A stretch of 53,727 nt of DNA from an uncultured Methanosarcinales archaeon. Lineage in GTDB: Archaea > Nanobdellota > Nanobdellia > Woesearchaeales > CAYMBN01. The stretch is from the NCBI GenBank assembly GCA_964388715.1, contig CAYMBN010000009.1, positions 1 to 53,727 of the forward strand, in the 5' to 3' direction. Below are positions 48,162 to 53,727 of the stretch, piece after piece (positions within the stretch are counted from its first letter, which is position 1; every line of letters starts with the position of its first letter). The translations under genes were made by a program, and so were the position numbers. Under the pieces are notes generated by a model. It was not told the origin of the DNA and ran no database searches. It saw nothing but the letters and a program-made list of their open reading frames with translations.

Positions 48162-48470
48162 CTACTCAATCATTTCAATCTCAATATTTAATCCTTCTGG
48201 AATAGGTACTCTCATAATAAGTCTCAAAGCTCTTTCATCTACTCCTAAATCTATTAATCGTTTATGGATACGCATTTCATAACGTTCCCAAGAAGCCTTT
48301 CCTTCACCACAAGGTGTTCTCCTAGTGGTTACTTTCAATTTTTTAGTAGGTAATGGAATTGGACCACGCATAACAACTCCTGTTTTTTCTGCTATTCCTT
48401 TAATATGCTGACATATCTGATTAACTTTTTCTATTTCTGTACTTGCTAATTTAATTCTTGCTTTTTGCAT
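48162..48470 (-). CDS. rps10: 30S ribosomal protein S10 (uS10)
   Basis: ARIKL...[35 protein letters not shown]. Confidence 0.98.
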   Translation of the reverse strand: MQKARIKLASTEIEKVNQICQHIKGIAEKTGVVMRGPIPLPTKKLKVTTRRTPCGEGKASWERYEMRIHKRLIDLGVDERALRLIMRVPIPEGLNIEIEMIE

Positions 48471-48519
48471 GGCTTACCTCATGATAAAACTCCAGTTTAT
48501 CATGTAAAAAAAATAAAAT

Positions 48520-49800
48520 TTATTTTTTTACAACATCAATGCACATACCAGCAGCGACTGTGGTACCAGAGTCTCTTACAGCAAATCTACTTAGCTGTGG
48601 AATTTCCTTTTGCTTTTCAATTACAAGAGGCTGAACAGGTTTAATTTTAACAATTGCAGCATCTCCGTTTTTGATAAAGTCAGGATTTTCCTGGACAACT
48701 TCACCAGTTGCAGGATTTAGCTTTTTCTCAATTGCCATAACCTGACATGCAACTTGTGCTGTGTGTATGTGAAATACTGGAGTGTATCCAACAGTTATAA
48801 CAGTTGGATGATTTAATACTACCATTTGAGCAGTAAATTCAGTTACAACAGTAGCTGGATTATCTACTGGACTTACAACATCACCACGAGCAATGTCTTT
48901 TTTACCAAAGCCTCTTACGTTAAATCCAACATTATCTCCTGGTTCAGCGCTTTGCATTTGTTCATGATGCATCTCTATTGTTTTTACTTCTCCTTCTACG
49001 CCTTTACCTTCTCTACCAGGCATTGCTGTGACTTTTTGACCAATCTTCATTACACCTGTCTCAATTCTTCCAACAGGTACAACTCCAATTCCTGTGATGT
49101 TATACACATCCTGAATTGGAAGTCTTAATGGTAATTCAGTTGGTTTATCAGGTTCTTTTAGTTCATCAAGTGTTTCTAGTAATGTTTTTCCACTAAACCA
49201 TGACATGTTTTCTGATTTCTTCACAACATTATCTCCTGGTAATGATGCTATTGGTATAAATGAAATTTCATCAGGTTTGTAACCTACGCTTTTTAGTAAA
49301 GTTGAAACATCTGCTTTAACTTTATCAAATTTAGCTTGGTCAAACTGAATCATATCCATTTTGTTAACTGCAATTATTAGTTGGTTAACACCAAGTGTTT
49401 TTGCTAAGAAAATATGTTCTTTTGTTTGTGCCATTACACCGTCATTAGCAGCTACAACTACCACACCAGCATCAGCTTGTGAAGCACCTGTAATCATGTT
49501 TTTAATAAAATCTTTGTGCCCTGGCGCATCAATTATTGTGAAGTAATACTTTGGTGTTTCAAACTTCTTATGCGCAAGATCAATTGTAACTCCTCTTTCT
49601 CTTTCTTCTTTCAGATTGTCCATAACAAAAGCAAACTCAAATCCACCTTTGCCAAGTTCTTCTGCTTTTTCTTTTAATTTTCTTAATGTTTGTTCATCAA
49701 TTGTACCAGAATCAAACAATAATCTTCCTACAGTTGTAGATTTACCATGATCTACGTGACCTATAAATACAAGGTTTATGTGTATTTTACCTTTAGCCAT
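48520..49800 (-). CDS. tuf: Elongation factor 1-alpha
   Basis: [27 protein letters not shown]; archaeal-type sequence. Confidence 0.99.
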   Translation of the reverse strand: MAKGKIHINLVFIGHVDHGKSTTVGRLLFDSGTIDEQTLRKLKEKAEELGKGGFEFAFVMDNLKEERERGVTIDLAHKKFETPKYYFTIIDAPGHKDFIKNMITGASQADAGVVVVAANDGVMAQTKEHIFLAKTLGVNQLIIAVNKMDMIQFDQAKFDKVKADVSTLLKSVGYKPDEISFIPIASLPGDNVVKKSENMSWFSGKTLLETLDELKEPDKPTELPLRLPIQDVYNITGIGVVPVGRIETGVMKIGQKVTAMPGREGKGVEGEVKTIEMHHEQMQSAEPGDNVGFNVRGFGKKDIARGDVVSPVDNPATVVTEFTAQMVVLNHPTVITVGYTPVFHIHTAQVACQVMAIEKKLNPATGEVVQENPDFIKNGDAAIVKIKPVQPLVIEKQKEIPQLSRFAVRDSGTTVAAGMCIDVVKK

Positions 49801-49880
49801 ATTTAATCCCTCCGATTTGATTTTTGAGTGTTAAACCCTATTTTAAGGGTTTTCACTTATTATTTATAAATGTTATGCTT

Positions 49881-52064
49881 TTAAACTCCTAACATAGCGT
49901 CAGTAAGTCCTTTCCTATCTTTTATTTGTTTTACTATCTTTTCCTGTAATTCTGAAGGTAATCTTTCAAACATCTGATCCATTAATGAACTATTACCTCT
50001 ACCACCAGTTGCACTTCTAAGAGCAGAGCTCCATCCAATCATTTCTCCAACAGGCATCTTTGCTTTTGCAATTGTTAGCGCCCCTTCCTGGCTCATATCA
50101 AGCAACTGTCCTCTTCTATTACTAATTAATTTAGATAATTCACCCATATACTCAACAGGCGCTTCAAGCCTCATAATTTGTTTTGGTTCAAGTATAACAG
50201 GACCAGCAGTTATCATTGCACCACGAATTGACTCCCTCACTGCAGGATAAACCTGAGCAGGTCCTCTATGAATTGCATCTTCGTGTAATTTTGTATCCAT
50301 AAAATATACAGCCAACTTATTACATGGCTCTTTACACAATGGTCCAGCACTCATAACATCTTCAAACATATCTTGTATCATTTCCATTATTTCTCCAATA
50401 TGAACCTGACCTCGCACTAAATTAAACAATATATTACCTTTGAATATATCAGCAGCTTTAGGTGAAATTTTTGAATCCATTCCAAGTTCATTTAACTGAT
50501 CTCTAATCTTGAATACATCTTTTTTCCTTACCCTTCCTTCAGGTAACTCACCTTTTTTAATTGCCTCATAAATCTCGTCTTTCAAAGGTTCAACTTTAAA
50601 GTAAAACTTATTATGTTTATTAGGAGACTTACCTTCTATTTCTTGTGATAATTTAGTTACAGTTTCTCTGTAAACAACAATAGGCGAACCTGTTTTAACT
50701 TGTACACCTTTTTCACTTCTTATTCTATTTTCAATAACTTCTAAATGTAATTCTCCCATCCCATGCATTAAATGTTCTCCTGTTTCTTCATTTATTTCAA
50801 TTACTATTGTAGGATCTTCTTTTGTAACTTGTCTTAGAACTTCAATCAGTTTAGGTAAATCACTTGCTTTCTCAGCTTCAATAGCTTTTGTAATAACAGG
50901 TTCAAAAATATGCACGATCTGTTCGAAAGGTTCTGTTTCTGATAAAGATACTGTTTCACCAGGATATGCTTTAACTCCAGCTACTCCTACAATATTTCCA
51001 GAAGGTGCTTCATTAACAATCTCTCTTTTTGCACCATTATAAATAAACACTTGTTGTATACGTGCTTTCTGTTTAGCTCTGTTAAGATAAACATCAGTAC
51101 CTTTCTTCATTGTACCAGAGAATAATCTTCCAGCAGAAATTTCTCCTGCTTGAGGATCAACTACGATCTTAGTAATAACAAAAAATAAAGGACCTTTTGG
51201 GTCACATACTGTTAATGCTTTACCTTCAACACTTTCAATTTCACCACGCCATATCTTTGGAATCCTATAGTTTTGCGCTTGTACAGGATCTGGATGATGC
51301 TTAATAACAATATCAAGAATAACTTTATGTATTGGTGCTTTTTTAGCAAGCTCCTTCACTTTTGAATCATCACCACTAGCATATGCATCAATCACATCTT
51401 TAAACGAAATGTTTGATGCTTTCATGTATGGCCATGATAATGCCCAATTATGGAATGCAGAACCAAACGCAACTGTTCCATCTTGTACACTCACTTGCCA
51501 TTTATCTTTATATTCTTTTGGTGCAATCTGTCGTATAAATTTATTAACATCATTTATGATTGCTATAAACTTTTCCTGCATTTTTTCAGGTGTTAATTGT
51601 AATTCTTTGATTAATCTGTCAACTTTGTTGATAAATAAAACAGGTTTAACAAATTCTCTTAAGGCTTGACGCAAAACAGTTTCTGTCTGCGGCATAATAC
51701 CTTCAACAGCACAACATAATACAATTGTACCATCAACAGCTCTCATTGCTCGAGTAACGTCTCCACCAAAATCAACGTGACCAGGAGTATCAAGTAGGTT
51801 GATTAAGTACTCTTTTTCTTTATATTCATGCACCATACTAACAGAAGCAGTATCAATTGTAATACCTCTTTGTTGTTCATCATCATGAAAATCCATAACA
51901 AGTTGTTTTCCTGCAAGCTGCTCAGACATCATACCAGCGCCAGCCAATAAATTATCTGAGAAAGTTGTTTTTCCATGATCAATATGAGCACTTGTACAAA
52001 TGTTTCTAATTTGCTCAGGAAACTTCATAATTCTCTGTACCTTGTCAACCATCTTTTCTCCCAT
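49881..52064 (-). CDS. fusA: Elongation factor 2
   Basis: AHIDHGKTT, RGITI, DTPGH, NKVD, GMGELHL; diphthamide loop HEDAIHRGPAQ. Confidence 0.99.
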   Translation of the reverse strand: MGEKMVDKVQRIMKFPEQIRNICTSAHIDHGKTTFSDNLLAGAGMMSEQLAGKQLVMDFHDDEQQRGITIDTASVSMVHEYKEKEYLINLLDTPGHVDFGGDVTRAMRAVDGTIVLCCAVEGIMPQTETVLRQALREFVKPVLFINKVDRLIKELQLTPEKMQEKFIAIINDVNKFIRQIAPKEYKDKWQVSVQDGTVAFGSAFHNWALSWPYMKASNISFKDVIDAYASGDDSKVKELAKKAPIHKVILDIVIKHHPDPVQAQNYRIPKIWRGEIESVEGKALTVCDPKGPLFFVITKIVVDPQAGEISAGRLFSGTMKKGTDVYLNRAKQKARIQQVFIYNGAKREIVNEAPSGNIVGVAGVKAYPGETVSLSETEPFEQIVHIFEPVITKAIEAEKASDLPKLIEVLRQVTKEDPTIVIEINEETGEHLMHGMGELHLEVIENRIRSEKGVQVKTGSPIVVYRETVTKLSQEIEGKSPNKHNKFYFKVEPLKDEIYEAIKKGELPEGRVRKKDVFKIRDQLNELGMDSKISPKAADIFKGNILFNLVRGQVHIGEIMEMIQDMFEDVMSAGPLCKEPCNKLAVYFMDTKLHEDAIHRGPAQVYPAVRESIRGAMITAGPVILEPKQIMRLEAPVEYMGELSKLISNRRGQLLDMSQEGALTIAKAKMPVGEMIGWSSALRSATGGRGNSSLMDQMFERLPSELQEKIVKQIKDRKGLTDAMLGV

Positions 52065-52092
52065 TTTTAATCCTCCAAAAGTTTACTTTTGC

Positions 52093-52126
52093 GAGGTACC
52101 AGAAATCTCTGATTTCTCAGTACCTC
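52093..52126. other. Intergenic stem-loop between ndk and fusA
   Basis: GAGGTAC-C-AGAAATC-TCT-GATTTCT-CA-GTACCTC. Confidence 0.7.
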
Positions 52127-52127
52127 A

Positions 52128-52607
52128 TTAAAAAACATGTTTTTCATGTACTGTTTCGTAACTATGTAACTCCTCTTTTTTAAACCAAAGTTTAATTTCA
52201 TCTTTAGCTTCTTTTTTATTACCTGAAGCATGAACAAGATTCTTTATTGCCTGACCTTTTTTGTCAGTATATTCATATGAATGATGAGCAAAGTCTCCTC
52301 TTATTGTTCCAGGTTTAGCAGATTTAGGTTCTGTATCACCAACAATTTTTCTTACAAGTTCTACAGCATGTAAACCTTCTAACACAAATGCAACAACAGG
52401 TCCTTCTATAATCATTGCTTCTAGACCAGGATAAAACTTTTTGCTTACATGAGCTTTGTAATGTTCTTTTGCAAACTTTTTATCCACCCATATTTGTTTC
52501 ATACCAATAATCTTCAGACCAACATCTTCAAAACGTTGAATAATTCTTCCAACTAAACCACGTTGAACACCGTCAGGTTTAACCAAGATTAATGTTTGTT
52601 CTATCAT
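52128..52607 (-). CDS. ndk: Nucleoside diphosphate kinase
   Basis: [32 protein letters not shown]. Confidence 0.98.
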   Translation of the reverse strand: MIEQTLILVKPDGVQRGLVGRIIQRFEDVGLKIIGMKQIWVDKKFAKEHYKAHVSKKFYPGLEAMIIEGPVVAFVLEGLHAVELVRKIVGDTEPKSAKPGTIRGDFAHHSYEYTDKKGQAIKNLVHASGNKKEAKDEIKLWFKKEELHSYETVHEKHVF

Positions 52608-52780
52608 TTTTTACCACCTTTTTTTTGAACCCATTTGGTTAAGTGAGGTTTTCTTTTTAATTTTAAAAGATTTTTTTCACATTTCATTGAACAAAAATAA
52701 AATATTTTTCCGTCTTTCTTAACATACATCTTACCAGTACCTGGCTTGATACTATCTCCACAAAATGAACATTTTACCAT
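52604..52780 (-). CDS. rpl24e: 50S ribosomal protein L24e (58 aa)
   Basis: Not in the ORF track. Translates to [62 protein letters not shown] overlap with ndk. Confidence 0.97.
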   Translation of the reverse strand: MVKCSFCGDSIKPGTGKMYVKKDGKIFYFCSMKCEKNLLKLKRKPHLTKWVQKKGGKK

Positions 52781-52790
52781 TGTAATTCAC

Positions 52791-53078
52791 CTAGGCATTT
52801 CCTCTACCTTTCTTTGCAAGACCTCTTGCTTCAATTTCTGTTTCTCTTAGCATTAGTACGTCTCCTTTTCTGACAGGACCTTTAACATTTCTTCTTATAA
52901 TTTTATTTTCATCTCTTCCTTCCAGAATTTTGCATCTCACTTGAGTTGCCTCTCCTCTTGTGCCTGTTCTTCCAATAACTTCTTCAACACTTGCTGGAAA
53001 AGCTCTTGAAAAATTAACAGCACTTTTCTTTCCTTCTTCTTTCTTTCCTTTATCCCTTTTCTGCATCTTTCTTATCAT
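52791..53078 (-). CDS. rps28e: 30S ribosomal protein S28e with basic N-terminal extension
   Basis: [50 protein letters not shown]. Confidence 0.96.
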   Translation of the reverse strand: MIRKMQKRDKGKKEEGKKSAVNFSRAFPASVEEVIGRTGTRGEATQVRCKILEGRDENKIIRRNVKGPVRKGDVLMLRETEIEARGLAKKGRGNA

Positions 53079-53088
53079 AGTTAACACC

Positions 53089-53436
53089 TTATGCTTTTAA
53101 TTTTCCAGAAAGATCTTTGATAATTTTCTTTGCTTCTCCTTCCTCTGTTATTGCAACTGCAGTAGTTGGAACATCTATTCCAGCAGCTGCTCCTAACTCT
53201 TCTCTTGTACATGTCTCAACACAAGGTACTTTTTTTTCTTCCCCTAAAAGAGGAATATGCATAATTATCTCTGGTGGATTAACATCATTTGCAATTGCTA
53301 CAAGTTTTGCTTTTCCTTTTTCCAAAGCTTTTGTAACCTCATTTGTACCTTTCTTTATTTTACCTGTAGTACGTGCTTGTTCAACTGCTTCAAGCACCAT
53401 TTCCATAACTTCTTTTGAAGCTTTTATTGCTGGCAT
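53089..53436 (-). CDS. rpl7ae: 50S ribosomal protein L7Ae
   Basis: [36 protein letters not shown]...ELGAAAGI.V. Confidence 0.97.
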   Translation of the reverse strand: MPAIKASKEVMEMVLEAVEQARTTGKIKKGTNEVTKALEKGKAKLVAIANDVNPPEIIMHIPLLGEEKKVPCVETCTREELGAAAGIDVPTTAVAITEEGEAKKIIKDLSGKLKA

Positions 53437-53653
53437 TTATACCCGCCTCCATTTAATTTAATATTGAAGTACAAAAAAAGAAAAATTGTACCTCCCTCAA
53501 ACATTCATTGTGTAGCCCACCACACAATAAACGTTATCATCACTCATTGGTTTTTCCCAATAACCATGATTGGTTAGCCATTAGAAACAAGAAGTCATAT
53601 TTAAATGTTATTGTTTGAAGTCAATAAAGTGAATATACTCAAAAGTGGTTAAA

Positions 53654-53727
53654 TCACTTCACTTCTACTATTGTATTCAAACTCTGTCCAGGCATACCTG
53701 TCTCAAAAATTGCTCTAACAGCACCTT
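53654..53727 (-). CDS. rpl35ae: 50S ribosomal protein L35Ae, C-terminal fragment (5' end outside window)
   Basis: The minus strand translates GAVRAIFETGMPGQSLNTIVEVK*, matching the L35Ae C-terminus. Confidence 0.8.
   Translation of the reverse strand, partial: GAVRAIFETGMPGQSLNTIVEVK

Noticed and set aside
53117..53461. Plus-strand ORFs opposite rpl7ae, tuf and fusA
   Set aside because: They are antisense to highly conserved genes and show no coding evidence.
53636..53647. Fourth TACT-N4-AGTG match
   Set aside because: It is not at the 17-nt spacing from a TATA box (30 nt to the nearest), so it may be chance.

Overview
AT-rich archaeal chromosomal segment with two 100-N scaffold gaps (19945-20044 and 24754-24853). 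It is most likely from a DPANN (Woesearchaeales/Nanoarchaeota-like) genome, inferred from the gene repertoire. Left end: a 5'-truncated giant (>3400 aa) multi-LamG membrane-anchored surface protein with three co-oriented charged or coiled-coil genes, a small histone-fold gene missing from the ORF track, and gltX. Middle: a membrane-anchored Amidase_3-like protein, a three-gene unknown operon, and a ~17 kb tightly coupled minus-strand operon. That operon runs AAA ATPase -> membrane and coiled-coil proteins -> a ~2260 aa surface protein with SLT-like and M23 peptidase domains and an unrecognised two-Cys repeat. Together these look like a candidate peptidoglycan-attacking surface apparatus in an archaeon. 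Right end: tRNA-Gln, a degenerate DAC-like protein, Lrp and TrmB regulators, parvulin, a HAD plus two PEP-mobile-domain genes, a two-intron tRNA-Ser, and a translation cluster (rpl35ae, rpl7ae, rps28e, rpl24e, ndk, EF-2, EF-1alpha, rps10). All domain calls are by-eye motif recognition, not database searches.
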